64,000 nucleotides of DNA. Origin: Minutocellus sp. GHC0000111. Its lineage: Eukaryota. The stretch spans positions 1,922,001 to 1,986,000 of the forward strand of contig OZ361259.1 in the NCBI GenBank assembly GCA_977018835.1. The letters are read 5' to 3'. Within the stretch, counting starts at the first letter, position 1. Each line of letters starts with the position of its first letter. Shown piece after piece: positions 12,101-23,929 of the stretch. The notes beneath the pieces were generated by a model. It had not been told where the DNA came from. It ran no database searches and worked only from the letters and a program-made list of their open reading frames with translations. The translations under genes and the position numbers were made by a program.

Positions 12101-12419
12101 CGTCCTGGGTATGGTTTCCAACACCGCTTCCTACCTTCGTCTTTGGGCTCTTTCGCTTGCCCACTCCGAGCTTGCCACCGTCTTCTGGGAGAAGGCCATG
12201 ATTTCCACCCTCAACATTAACTGGTTCGCAGCCTTCATCGGCTACGGCATCTTCGCTGGCGTCACGTTCGGCGTTCTTCTCATGATGGATGTCCTTGAGT
12301 GCTTCCTTCACGCCCTCCGTCTTCACTGGGTCGAGTTCCAGAACAAGTTCTTTGCCGCCGATGGTGTCCGTTTCGCTCCTTACTCGTTCAAGCAGATCAT
12401 TGATGATGCCAGTGCCTAA
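9192..12419 (+). CDS. ATP6V0A: V-type H+-ATPase V0 subunit a (~901 aa), exons 9192-9308 and 9831-12419
   Basis: WFRSEEM, QFTD|LNPD across a 522-bp GT-AG intron, FRATRGN, YGIPRYREANP, FPFLFGVMYGDIGHG, NSFKMK, SNTASYLRLWALSLAH and LHALRLHWVEFQNKF. Strong C-ending codon bias. Confidence 0.97.
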
Positions 12420-12745
12420 GCTGCTGTTGCTTCGTCCCTGTGATTTGTTTCTCTCTTCGTTTGGGACAAACGATGAACATTGTTGATTGGCGTTTTGTCT
12501 TTGAATTTTGTAGATCAAAATGCGATAAGACAAAAGATAACAATCATATTACTTCACTAGCTAGCTACGCAGAAGGAATACAGTACCGGTCACCGGTCAC
12601 AGGTTTACTTGCTCGTCCAAGCGCCATGGCGCAGGTAGGTAGGAATCCTACGTACGAGTCGTAGGTGCTCGCATCGCTCGCAATAGTTTCGATATGACGT
12701 CTATCTTCTGCACCGCCTTGCGCAACCATTTTTCGGCTCAGCAAG

Positions 12746-13798
12746 ATGACGAACGTAGACTCCTGCGGCCAGCAGCGGCCTCGAATTCGAAGGAGGCTCG
12801 GCGCCTCCTCACTATCGATATCCCTCGTTCTCTCGATATGTGCATTGTCCCAGACAGCATCGGCTTTTCATCCCTTGCACAGCAGCAGTATCTCATGTCA
12901 AAGTAAGCACAAAACTCACCCCAATTCTCCAGCAGTACTGTTCGCAGGCGGTAGCGGCGCAGATACCGACCGACCAGCTACCGGCAAGGGTACGGCGCGA
13001 CTATCAGGACCAAAGGATACCGGCGCAACGGGCATTGTGGATTCGGTGCTAACACTTCTGTCCTCGGATGGTGCCAGCATCGCACTGGGACTTCTTGGTA
13101 TCACCATATGTCTCTTTAATCGGCTCTCCCACATTGATGATTACGATGCCTTGACGGCCGTCGCAGATGGAGCCGACGCCCTCGGTCGGCAGTCACGTGC
13201 GGACTTGCTCGCGGTGTTTGCCTCTGGTGCCATCCTGCTCAACGGTATCTCCAAGTTAGACGTTACATCAGCCTTGGCCGAATCGGTGGTTTTGGATGGA
13301 GTTCAGCTGGATGGGACTGCCATCTACTGGGAAGCATTGGAGGGCGTGGGGCTAATCCTGGATCAAAATGACAACGACTCGGTGCAGACAGAGATTACAT
13401 GGGCTCTAGAGTCTGTGCTGGATGCCACTCCTGCCAAAACGGCTGTGATAATGGCATTTGATACTTCCAGCGGCTCATGGACGCCGGTGGCAGCGTCAGG
13501 CACTGTTCCAGCGGATGAGTCATTACAAAGAGCTTTGCCGCAAGGACGGACGACTCCTATTCTGGATCGGTTCCAGGGCGGCGGTATGACAAAGGAATCG
13601 TATCTGCCAACACTCCAGGCACTTCCTGGCAGGGTCGAGTTTACATATCTGCCACCGAACACCCAAGAAGCATTGGTCTTGCCCATGAGCTCCTCGTCGG
13701 TACTTGTTCTTGGAAGTGATACCGCCAAGAGCTGCACACCGAGGGACGTGGCATGGGCTCAGGTCATTGCCTCTAGACTTGGTCAGTTGTTTTCATAA
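12746..13798 (+). CDS. CCB4: Cofactor assembly of complex C subunit B, CCB4-like (DUF2930), plastid-targeted
   Basis: Signal peptide ending ASA-F (bipartite targeting), two TM helices, QSRADLLAV, EITWALESVL and YLPTLQALPGRVEFTYLPPNTQ. Confidence 0.8.
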   Translation: MTNVDSCGQQRPRIRRRLGASSLSISLVLSICALSQTASAFHPLHSSSISCQSKHKTHPNSPAVLFAGGSGADTDRPATGKGTARLSGPKDTGATGIVDSVLTLLSSDGASIALGLLGITICLFNRLSHIDDYDALTAVADGADALGRQSRADLLAVFASGAILLNGISKLDVTSALAESVVLDGVQLDGTAIYWEALEGVGLILDQNDNDSVQTEITWALESVLDATPAKTAVIMAFDTSSGSWTPVAASGTVPADESLQRALPQGRTTPILDRFQGGGMTKESYLPTLQALPGRVEFTYLPPNTQEALVLPMSSSSVLVLGSDTAKSCTPRDVAWAQVIASRLGQLFS

Positions 13799-13840
13799 TT
13801 ACATAGTATAGATACTGCTTACTATATATCATAGCACTGA

Positions 13841-15056
13841 CTAAAGGTAAGCTCTCACACCGCAGTCTCGTTCCATCCTGGCCACATCAATACGACCCGT
13901 CGTTTCGCCGAGACCAGAATTCTCCTGCAGATCCAAGTGCAATATACTTGCCCCTCGCCCCCCAGTATTGCCCTGAATTGCAGAGAGAATACTGACAATG
14001 TTCTCACTCGAGAGATTATTGAGTGATAAATTGATGGAGGACAGTGAAGCAAGATTATTCTCCCGCAACAGCTGAGCCAAAGACTCCGCCGTCTTGGAGT
14101 CCAAGCCATTGCCCGCCAAATTGACCTGTTGAAATTGGAAGCTTCCACCGCTGCTACCAGCTTTCCTAGTATCCTCCTGAAGTGCACCCAAACTCATTTG
14201 TCCACCCACATCGCCCAGCTGATGCAGCTTGACGTTGAGATGTGTGAGAGAAGTGCAAACGGGCAATACGTCCGTGGCGAGGAATCGACCACCCTCCTCA
14301 TCAATGCAGTTATTGGCCGCAACGAATCTCGACAAGACACAGGATCGAATATTGCTGCTCTCCTCCTCGGGTGAGGGCGATAGCATGCCAAACAACAACC
14401 CCAATCCACCGGCGGTAATCTTGTTGTCGCTGACATCGAGTGAGATTAGACCTGGTGGCAAACGCGACGATGTCGAACCGGTGCTGCTGCTCTTCATGCC
14501 ATCTTTCATAGCTAGGATAGAATCATCGGATAGGCAACAATTCCTCATAGAAAGATTAGTGAGGTATTTTGCCGATGGCAACGCTCTGCCCAACGCCATT
14601 GCTTCTTCATCTGACATGCCGTCGGGTCCCAACTCAATCTCAAGAAAGGTCAGATTATTGAGGTAGGCAAGCGTTTTGCTCAAATCAACAGTCAACGGGA
14701 CCTTTGTCAACTTCAGAGCAAAGATATGCTCGACTATGACATCAAGCTCAATACGCTCTATCTTCTTGCATCATCAGCTTCAATTACTTGCTGGAGGGCT
14801 GCTTGAAGAACTGAAGATTTTGCTGTCGTTAACAATTCAGAGTTATTATGCTCCTGCTGCTGCTGTTCCAAGCGCTGTCGCCAATATCGTTCGCTCACCA
14901 CATGCCTTGCCAAGACGAACGGATCAAGGTCGGGACTTAGGCGTTCGTGAATCTGTTGTAAGAGCTGGGGCTTGAGCTGACTCGTTGCACAAGCGACGGG
15001 CCTCTCGTAAAATTCCGAGAGAGCACATTGATGCACTTTTCTTGTAGAGTCTCCAT
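13841..15056 (-). CDS. Leucine-rich-repeat protein, DRC5/TCTE1-like (dynein regulatory complex), two -1 frameshifts
   Basis: Reconstructed start METLQEKCINVLSRNF-YERP (ATG 15056; + strand A-run at 15009-15012 is one base short), then RLSPDLDP...SERYWRQ, a second shift near 14766, and RNI-like LRRs (LSMRNCCLSDD, LDVSDNKITAGG, NLAGNGL, NLSLNNL). Confidence 0.6.
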
Positions 15057-15318
15057 TGTTTGATGCGGTTTGATGCAACCCTTTTTATGTAATCAATTAT
15101 GCAAGAAGACGAAAAATGTTCTCTAGATGAAGAAGCGTGAGCCGGGAGATCAAGAGGACGCACTCAAATGACTGAAATGGCCATCGGCAGGGCCGATCAC
15201 GAGAAAAATATTATTCTGGCCGGGTCATACACCACAACTACATGTACGATCGAACAGTCCATCATCCAACCTCTCGCTGGAAATGACAAATAACAAGCAC
15301 TTCCCAAGACTTTCAGCT

Positions 15319-16329
15319 CTATACAACATCCCGTCTAGTCAACTCGCCACTTCTATCACCTTTTGGCGTTTTTGCACCACCACCACCACCACCACCATTA
15401 CTCGTACCTCCGCTATTGCTTTCATGTTGACCTCCGTTGTCCAGCACATAATCTTCATCGGCATCGCTACTCGCGCGACGTCTGGTGCCACCCCCAAATC
15501 CACCCAAGTCACCACAGGTCTCTACATGCTGCGGATCTCTCATACTGGCATGGGCAAAGATGGCAATGCCACTGATGGCCAACACTTCCAACGTCGGCAC
15601 GAGGCACTTGAACACTCCGACCAGTACCGTCAGGATGGTAAGGACCAGCGATCGTCGGGCCGTGGTGAATATCTCCCCAAAGTCCACACCACCGTACTCC
15701 ATGGGGATGGCCGCCCGATCCAGCAAAAAGTGCATGTGCCACAGCCCGACCAGTATTCCCATCAACAGAAGCATCGAGGGATGCATCAGCGCCACGACGA
15801 AGGCGGTACCAGCAAGGATCAGGGCGTAATTGGTGAGAAAGTAGGCAAAGTTCAGTTTGAGGCGGGAACCAATCTTCTCGGCGGCATCCTTGTCCAACTT
15901 CTTGGTTGGCGGAGCAAAGGCTGTAGCGGCAATGCAGAAGGCTGGTCCGGTCACACCGAGAAAGGTCGGGAGGGGTCGGAGTGTGTCCATTGAAATTCGT
16001 TCCGTGTATTTCGAGAGGCTGGAAGAGGGGAGGCAATGGGGGTGTCGTAGATGCAGAGAAAGAGCGAGATGAGAGGTTGCAAACGAATACCTGTATGCTG
16101 AAGCCATTGGCAGAACCGCACTATTATTGCACGAACAAGTCACCGTACCGACGAACCCATCAGCACAAGCCAGCAACAAACAGAAATCGACGTACACATT
16201 CCCCAGCCTCTCAAGATCGACGGTCAGGGTCGAAGCGACGCCACCGCCCCCTCCCGGACGTATCAACGGAGCGGCATCCTCGCTGCCATGCTCGATGGCC
16301 GTCGCGCTGCTGCTGCTGCCCTCCATCAT
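15319..16329 (-). CDS. PRA1 (prenylated Rab acceptor) family protein; intron 16019-16195
   Basis: LRPLPTFLG, SRLKLNFAYFLTNY, four hydrophobic segments and FAHASMR. A 177-bp in-frame GT-AG intron joins GNV|LSKY. Confidence 0.85.
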   Translation of the reverse strand: MMEGSSSSATAIEHGSEDAAPLIRPGGGGGVASTLTVDLERLGNVYVDFCLLLACADGFVGTVTCSCNNSAVLPMASAYRYSFATSHLALSLHLRHPHCLPSSSLSKYTERISMDTLRPLPTFLGVTGPAFCIAATAFAPPTKKLDKDAAEKIGSRLKLNFAYFLTNYALILAGTAFVVALMHPSMLLLMGILVGLWHMHFLLDRAAIPMEYGGVDFGEIFTTARRSLVLTILTVLVGVFKCLVPTLEVLAISGIAIFAHASMRDPQHVETCGDLGGFGGGTRRRASSDADEDYVLDNGGQHESNSGGTSNGGGGGGGAKTPKGDRSGELTRRDVV

Positions 16330-16743
16330 GGTCCAGGTTGCTCTGGGCTTTTGTTCCGTTGGGTCTGTGCAGTAGGTTGCAGGTTGCGAGGTTGGAGATG
16401 AAATGACCCGGCGAGCGAAGTCTTTGAGGGCATAAATAATTGAGAAGCCTGCCGCCGCTTTGACTGCATGGCGGCCGCCACAAGCCATGGAGTGATGATG
16501 TAGAGCATCTACTGCTCGAACGCAACGCAACGCTCCAACAGTGGCTGTAATGTAACCGAAACCATGCGCATTCGATATGTATGTGCCGTGTATCTGGCTG
16601 ATCGCGGCCGATCTTCTCAACAAATAGCCATGTGATTGGAAAAATGAAGCACGTCTCACGACTCATCCTCATTTTACTCAGACCACACTTCAACACCAAC
16701 AACGATAGTACAGTATACTGCACCACCACCCGCTCGAACAGCA

Positions 16744-18333
16744 ATGATGAACAGACTCAAGTCTAGGAAGACGCGCAAGAAGGAGGAGACCGCCGCCGCT
16801 ACTGCGCCCGAAGCCGCCGCTGGCACGGGAGGCAAGGAGAATGACTCCTCGACCACGAAGACGAAGAAGAAGGGCGATGGCACGGCTGAGAAGCGAAAGG
16901 GAAAGGCTGAGGCCAAGAAGGGAGGAGACGACGATGCTGCTTCTGCTGCTGCCGGCAAGGACAAGAAGAAGAAGACGACGAAGGCGAAGAAGGGCGCCGA
17001 CGATGGCGATACCAAGTCATCTACCACCACCACCATCAAGGAGAGCAAGAAGGACAAGAGCAAAAAGTCGAAGGATAAGGACGCCGATGGTGATGGTGGC
17101 AAGAAAGAAGGAGGCAAAAAAGGCAAAAAGGACAAGTCGGCCGACGGAGCAGCAGTAGCAGCAGCAGCTGCCACCAAGAGCAAGAGCAAGAGCAAGAGCA
17201 AGAGCGGTGGCAAGAAGAAGGACTCAGGATCCGGAGGAAGCAAGAAGCTCAGCGCCCAGACACTGGCCATGCACAAGAAGTGGCAGGACGCTGCCACGGA
17301 TCTGGGAGGGGGCAAGATCATCATCAACAAGACCGAGGCCAAGAAGGCCATCTTCGATATGCTCCACGATGCCTTCTGTCCCATGAACATTACCCAGATC
17401 CACACCAGCCTCAAGGGCGTCGTTCCATCTCCCTTCCTCAAGAGTTGTCTGGAGGAGATGGTCATCGATACTGCCGGAGGAGACGATGGCAGCGACGATG
17501 AGGATGACAAGCCCAAGAAATCCAAGAAGAGCAAGAAGGGTGGAGATGGAGGAGGTGGCAATGGTGGAGATCCATCGACGACGGACAGTCTTCGTATCAA
17601 GTCTGGTCGCAATGCCAACAACGTCCTCTACTTTACCAACCACGACAAGTCTGTCAATGGTGGCAACGGCCTCCCTCCCGATGAGCGCAACGAGCTCATT
17701 GGCGCCGAGCAAAAGTCGGCACAGGACCTGCAAGCCAGCCGGGACAATCTCAAGGCCATCCAGAACCTAACGACCAAGCTCCTGTCCGAGCCGACCAATC
17801 AGGACGCCAACGATCGTATCACCAAGGAGGAGAAAGTCTTGACCGATCTCAAGGCCAGCGTGGAGGAATCTCGCCAGTATGCTGGCAACGAGAAGAAACG
17901 CGAGCAGACCAAGAAGCGTATTCGCGATCTGGCCGACGTTTGGTGGAAGCGCCGTCGTATGTGCAACGAATTCCTCCAGGGTATGGAGGATGCCACCGAG
18001 GGTACCATCTCGGTGAAGAAGTGGTGAGTATATTTCGATGTATCGAGAGTGTATGGAATATTAGGAGCTCTGTGGTACGATATCTCTCACACATGCCTTC
18101 TTTCCGTTCCTATTAATTCCCCTCGCTGCAGCCTTGCCGGTGATGGCCAGATCGATATCGATTCGGATGAGGCCATTATTGCTGCCGAGAGGGAGATGTA
18201 TGAGTACAAGAAGGCAAAGAAGGCCAAGACGTCTGGTGGCGGCAGTGGTGGGGATAGCATTCAGCCTACCGACACCTTCATCGGCGTCAACTTTGACGGC
18301 GTTGGGCATGTGAAGCGGGTCCACGTGAGCTAG
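16744..18333 (+). CDS. HOP2: HOP2/TBPIP-like meiotic recombination protein with a long Lys-rich N-terminal extension; intron 18024-18131
   Basis: Winged-helix-like EAKKAIFDMLHDAFCPMNITQIH, coiled coil LLSEPTNQD and WWKRRRMCNEFLQGMED. The splice gives KKC-LAGDGQIDIDSDE. Confidence 0.7.
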
Positions 18334-18726
18334 GGATAGATCGGACTGTAGATTCGATTCTACCGTGCGCGCGTACAGTGGCGGCACCATCCTGAATAAC
18401 GAACGATACATGTAGATCTACATGTAGATCTAGGAATAATGTGCTTGCATAGCCTTCCAGTACATACATGATCTAATTGGCGTAGTAGCTAGATTTCATT
18501 GTGCTCCCTGCCTAACGGTATTGAATGACAGACATGACTCCGGCTTCGGCTTCGGCTTCGAAGCTTCCTCGCCTGCCTGGTGTGGGTGCGAACCTTTCTG
18601 GTGCGAACCATTCGAGCGATGCGATGACGTGGTCTTGCGGTTGTTATGTTCGAATTGATGACTTGATGAATCATCGAATCGAACCATAATTAGCAATTGC
18701 TACAATCGTATAAACACAACTCGAGA

Positions 18727-19287
18727 ATGAAGAACGTTGTATCAGTCCTTGCTTTGGCCGCCGGCGCTTCGGCGTATGCCGGCAATGAGCGGCCAGGCGT
18801 GAGCTCTACGGCGACCTCCACCTCTTCCTCTCGCAGAACGTTTGTTACCAAAGCGGTTTGCTTTGTCGGAGCGTCCTCCCTCGGTTGGCTGAGCGGTGGC
18901 ATAGACATGGACGGGAGTGTTCATGGATCTGGGTGTACGTGCGGTGATTGCTCCGGTGCACAGCAGCAAGGGCACGGTGCAGCGTGTTCCTGCCCCTCTT
19001 GCGGCGGCGGCTTTGCCGGTCTCCGGCCTCCATCCGCTTCGGCATATGAGAGGGATGTCGGTGGCAAGGATAGGTCCGCGGATACGGCTGCCTTGAATCT
19101 GCAGGCCAGAGAGACGAATGCCCGCCTTGAGAAGAGTGGATTCAAGCTAGACACCAAGGAAGAAGAGGAAGCGCGACTCTCTAGCGCACTGTCGTCGTTT
19201 TCGTATGATGGCAACTCGTCGGCGGGGAAGAGCAACCCAAAGACGGCTGGAAAAGGATATGGCAAGGACCCAAAGACGAGCAAGTAG
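18727..19287 (+). CDS. Small plastid/thylakoid-lumen-targeted protein of unknown function with two HGxxCxCxxC motifs
   Basis: Signal peptide MKNVVSVLALAAGASA-Y, SRRTFV twin-arginine-like motif, HGSGCTCGDC and HGAACSCPSC, then PPSASA-YERDVG. Confidence 0.7.
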   Translation: MKNVVSVLALAAGASAYAGNERPGVSSTATSTSSSRRTFVTKAVCFVGASSLGWLSGGIDMDGSVHGSGCTCGDCSGAQQQGHGAACSCPSCGGGFAGLRPPSASAYERDVGGKDRSADTAALNLQARETNARLEKSGFKLDTKEEEEARLSSALSSFSYDGNSSAGKSNPKTAGKGYGKDPKTSK

Positions 19288-19614
19288 TCACCTGTGTGTT
19301 GCTGATATTGGCCATTGAAGCTGCTTTTATCACCTGGCTAGTAGCTCTCACACCGCAATTGAGTTTGTAATAGATCCATTCATACATGACAAATATCCAC
19401 TGTCTTCTTCTCTCCAACTTAGAAACTGCATCGCGCGAATACTACTTAGAAATGCCGTAGCCGCACAGAAAAATCTCCTGCTCTTGTTCTCGCTACTAGT
19501 AAATACAGTTCTAAGTTATGTCTTCATTATGTGCATTTCTATAAAACGCGTGCTGCCGAAGGGTCAGATTCGCAGCCCGTACTGTAGCTACGTAGCTAGA
19601 CTAGAGAGCCTAGA

Positions 19615-22600
19615 CTAGCCCAACAGATCGGGGTCAATACCGTCCTCGGAGAGGCTTGGCTTTCCCACCATTCCGGCCTCCTCAAGCATCATACTAACAG
19701 CCATTCCTGACGGAAGGGAGATGTCGTCCGCAGAGTCGTACTGATCTCCCCATTCCATCAATCCATCTACTATGCTCTGCATAGATCCACTCATTACTTC
19801 GTTTGCCTGCGTTTGTATTTCCGCCCGTCCAACTTGGTCTTCATCAGGAGATGATTCATCACCATCCTCCTCTTCGCTCTCGCATTCATGAGAATTGTAA
19901 ATATTGCCACTTGTGCTGGGATTCGCGAAGGGGTAGTTGTCATCAGAAGATTGTGAAGCCGAAGCGCTTGAAGCAGTGGAACCATCTGAACTTGAGCCAC
20001 TCGAGCTTGCATCACTCGAGCTTGCATCATCATTGGCATCGTCGTCGGACGCGAAGTCCTCCAAAGTGTCATTGCAATGATGATTCGCTGCATCGGTTGT
20101 CGCTGCCCCCATCGCATTCCTCTCTGTCTGCAGTGATTCGGTATTGTTTGTATCGTCATCTCCTCCTTCACTCTCACCATCATCAACTTCGGAAGTATGA
20201 TTGCTTTGATAACTGAATCCCAACTGAGACATGGAATCAGCCGGGGGAGGCGTAGCAGAAGGAATGCTCTCTTCCAATGACGGGCCCATTCCAAGCACAG
20301 GTAATTTCTCTTGCGAAGCATTTGTATCGGAGGCCGCCACCGGGAGGGTACGCTCAATCGACGAGCCAAGTCCAAATGTATCGATGCTTGATTCGAGAGA
20401 AAATGATAGGACCTCAGGCACAGCAGGAACTGCGGTACGTGTGTTCGCCTCGGGCTCGCCTTGAACGTCCAAAATGGTGGTAGGAGAAGTTCCAACAAAG
20501 CCTTCACGAAGACGATTCCACGCAAGGAGAGACTGATGCGAGGCCTCACGTTGTTCACGTGCCAGATTTCGACAAAGACTCAGCAGCTCCCTCTTTCTGT
20601 GCACATTCCAGCACTTTACATCATGCGCTAGTGCCATCGTGGCACGGCGTTTGGCAACAAGGGCTTCGTGCTCAATCACTGCCGAATGAACGGCATGGCT
20701 TTTGGCAATCGATGCCTTCGTCTGCGCAGCGCGAGCATCTTCAGGAGTCGCAAAGCGACCAGTATCACAAACCTTTTGAGCAGAGTCTGAAGCCGCCTCG
20801 GCAGCTAACTTGGCTCTTGCGGCCGTTCTACATGCTCGAACTGCAGACCGCACATCCTCAGCTGCAGATACTGCGGAAGATGCCAATGCTGATTGCCACG
20901 AGAGATCACCTTTCAACGAGGCATAACTATCCTCAGAAACACCAATACCTATTTCCAAAGTTGACACTCCGTCTAGAAGGGCTCGCTGCGAAACTAATTC
21001 TCCCCGAACTCCTTCCCAGGAGTCCATCCCGCGAAGAATACTCATATGTAGATCGTTTTCCTTTCGTTTCGTTTTGGCGATACGAGATCCAGCAGTGACA
21101 CAGCGGTTCAAGAGACCGTCTACGGATCCTATCACCTCCCGAAGTTTGTCAATGTCTCGGTCGACAGATATATCTCCTAGTAAAGCGGCGCTGTCATCTG
21201 GAGCTGCCGGTTCATCGATGCGCAAACCATAGTTGTAGCGGGCAACTGCTCCATCTTTTGACACTTTATTTGCACTTTCCATATCAACTGAAACAGCATC
21301 GCTCGCTACGGTTGTTAGGATTGCTTGCTCAGGTGTCGGCATGGGAGATGGGAGCATATCATAGCCATCATCTTCTCCATCGCCAAACGCATCACCATCA
21401 AGCTCACTCGCTACTGCCACGACACCACTTTCAAAGCAATCAACGGAGTCTCTATTGCTTGTTTTTCCAAGCTCATTAATATTGCCATCTGCTGATTTTG
21501 GCGATGCATCTTCTTCGCCGTATTGCTGTTTTCCATTATCGAAATTGGGAAGAGATGCGTGCTGGAGCTTTGCACTGGCGGACAGCATGCCCGTAGTTTC
21601 TAAAACTCCGTGCAGTCTAAGAGCCACGGCCGCTTGAGCTGCCGATCGGACCCAGGAGAGATTTGGTTGGCAATTGTACAGCGTTTCCGTTGTCGGAAGG
21701 CGCGATAGGAGAGACGAAGATGCATATGCTGATACTGATACTGACTCATCCGCTTGTGTAATCTCCAGCTGCTGTCTTCGCCGACGTTCGTGCTCCTTGG
21801 CATTATCATCCAAAATTCGTTTGGCAGAGTCAAGTCCAGATTGGCTTGCCTGCACGCACAATGCAATAAAGAGGCAATTTTACAAGATTAGTGTGATCAT
21901 GCGACAAAGGGAGAGAAATAGATGCAGATCTACTTGCACAATTTACGTGTAAATCTGATCACAGCGAGACTCACCTTCAGTATCACATTAAGTGGAAACG
22001 ATGTGGATAGAGCTGGATGTTCCAAGAGATAATTGAGGTAGCGTTCAACTTGGCCAGCTTTATCAGAAGCAGATACGGTAGAATCCTCCCGGCCGTAGTT
22101 CCAACCACTTTTTCTTCCCATCTTACCACCATCGGACTTCTTCGCGTCTGCAGATGTACCAGATGAGGACGATACATAGCCCCCCAAAAGTGATTTGGCA
22201 GATTTTGCAACTGATGTGATCATCCCTACACCAGCCGATGCAGCAGCCACTGCCGCCGAACTTCCAGCCGCAACGACACTTTCAGTAATAGACGTCAGAA
22301 GATTCCGATCTTCTCGAAGATGCAGAAGGAAAAGGTGGCAAAATACGCCCACAGAGCGTCCCACCGGGTTTCTTGTGCAAGGCAAAGGTCTCATAGAGCC
22401 ACATCATATCGGAAAAGCTGCGCCGTACAACAATAGGAGAAGTCGATCTATCACCAATGGGAAAAAAGGTAACAACAAAATCCAATTTGGAACTCTTGGC
22501 CGACGGCGAAGGAAGGAGCGACGATGAACCACCCTTTGTACTACCAAACATTTTTGTGCTTCCAAAGACTTTTACCTCCACCCTCGCTCTTTTGCCCCTC

Positions 22601-23409
22601 CGTACTAGTATATCTCGCTCGGCACTTACATCGTGCGCCGAAAGTAGGCAATGATCTAGATCCATCTCTGGTAATGTCAGCGACTCTACCTGATGTTGTG
22701 CCAATCCATTGGAATTGAGGGGCTCCGGCGGATCAGGAGGAAGTACATCGACGAGAACCACCTCTGTCCCACCAGTTTTGTGCCTCATGGTTTGTTGAGA
22801 ATGCCTCTCAGAGAATCGTCGCTTGGCCTCCTGATACTGAGCAAGTGCAATCAGTCGACACAGGACCATCCAACCTTCCACTCCAAGCTCAAAATATGAT
22901 GTGTCATTATTATTGTCATGAGGAACTGCAGAATCAGGACTGCTGCACTCAATCACCGCATCCCACGCTTCATCAAAAGTTGTAATTGGCGACTGACCGA
23001 ACTTTCGCAAGGCACGATCCCTCCTACGAAAGACCGGGCAGCGCAATCCAACGAATTCTCGAACGGCTTCCTTCTCCACACTGCCCCGACTTTCCGAGTC
23101 CAGGATGGAGAACAGTCGTACCAGAACGTCGTATTCGTTCCGATCAAATTGCAGCTCCAAGGGGTTTATTCGTTTGGTATACGACTGTGACGGTGGAATG
23201 CAGATTGGCAGGGCATATACAAACGTGGTCGGAGGCGGGAGGGCGGTCGCGGAAGATTTGGATGATGTCACCGATGACGATGACGATGATGGAGGCGGCG
23301 GCGGGTTGGGTTGGGGTGCAATGTGAACCCGACGGAGCATCCCTCGATGAGGGACAATAGGAGGTGTGGGCTTGGTCATATGGGACGCATTGACATTAGT
23401 AAAGTCCAT
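19615..23409 (-). CDS. Sorting nexin-like protein (EH/EF-hand-like + PX + BAR-like helices + acidic tail); intron 21850-21974, one frameshift near 22300
   Basis: LFSILDSESRGSV and GWMVLCRLIALAQ (EH-like); VVRRSFSDMMWLY, GRILPPFP and VERYLNYLLEHPAL (PX). The splice gives NVILK|ASQSG, followed by a long Ala-rich helical region. Confidence 0.7.
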
Positions 23410-23821
23410 GTTCTTTGTGGTTGTGTTGGTAAGGGAGGGTGGATGGGGTGCGCCGCAAAGGGCAGAATTTCGATGTGTTGAGAATGAATCGAATCAGAAC
23501 GTCAAACCCGGACCGGTGAGATTGATGGAGATAAGTCGCGGCACATGAACAAAGTGGGGGGCTTGGTAGGTAGGTGATCAGAGAGGTGAAATAGAAGATA
23601 TAGCGTGGTGGTGGGAGGGGGAGTGTTGTGGCGATGTGCGGGGAATATCAGATCGAATTGCGTTGCGACTTCAACAAAGATCAGTGAACTCGACTAACTA
23701 CTGTCGCGTCGTGAGAAGCCGAAAAAGAACTTTTTTGCAACGCGCAATCGCAAACGCACAAACAGAATTTTCACATACACACATGTGATTATGTATTCTA
23801 AATCAGCGATTTCTAGTCCAA

Positions 23822-23895
23822 ACCCGGTTAGCTCAGTTCGGAAGAGCGCTCGGCTTTTAACCGTGTGGTCGTGGGTTCGATCCCCACATCGGGTG
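23822..23895 (+). tRNA. tRNA-Lys (anticodon UUU)
   Basis: Acceptor stem ACCCGGT/ATCGGGT, D-arm GCTC/GAGC, anticodon arm CTCGG-CTTTTAA-CCGTG, T-arm GTGGG-TTCGATC-CCCAC, discriminator G. Confidence 0.95.
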
Positions 23896-23910
23896 ATTTG
23901 ACGAAAAATG

Positions 23911-23916
23911 TTTTTT
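23911..23916 (+). terminator. Pol III T6 terminator for tRNA-Lys
   Basis: TTTTTT 15 nt after the tRNA 3' end. Confidence 0.7.
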
Positions 23917-23929
23917 GAGTATTTTTATT

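Noticed and set aside
9804..12533. 909-aa minus-strand ORF
   Set aside because: Antisense shadow of V-ATPase a. Strong codon bias on the sense strand removes antisense stops, and there are no motifs of its own.
16330..16659. N-terminal ~110 aa of the 446-aa PRA1 ORF
   Set aside because: Reads like promoter or UTR sequence. The Met-Met at 16329 and the in-frame intron give a more typical PRA1.
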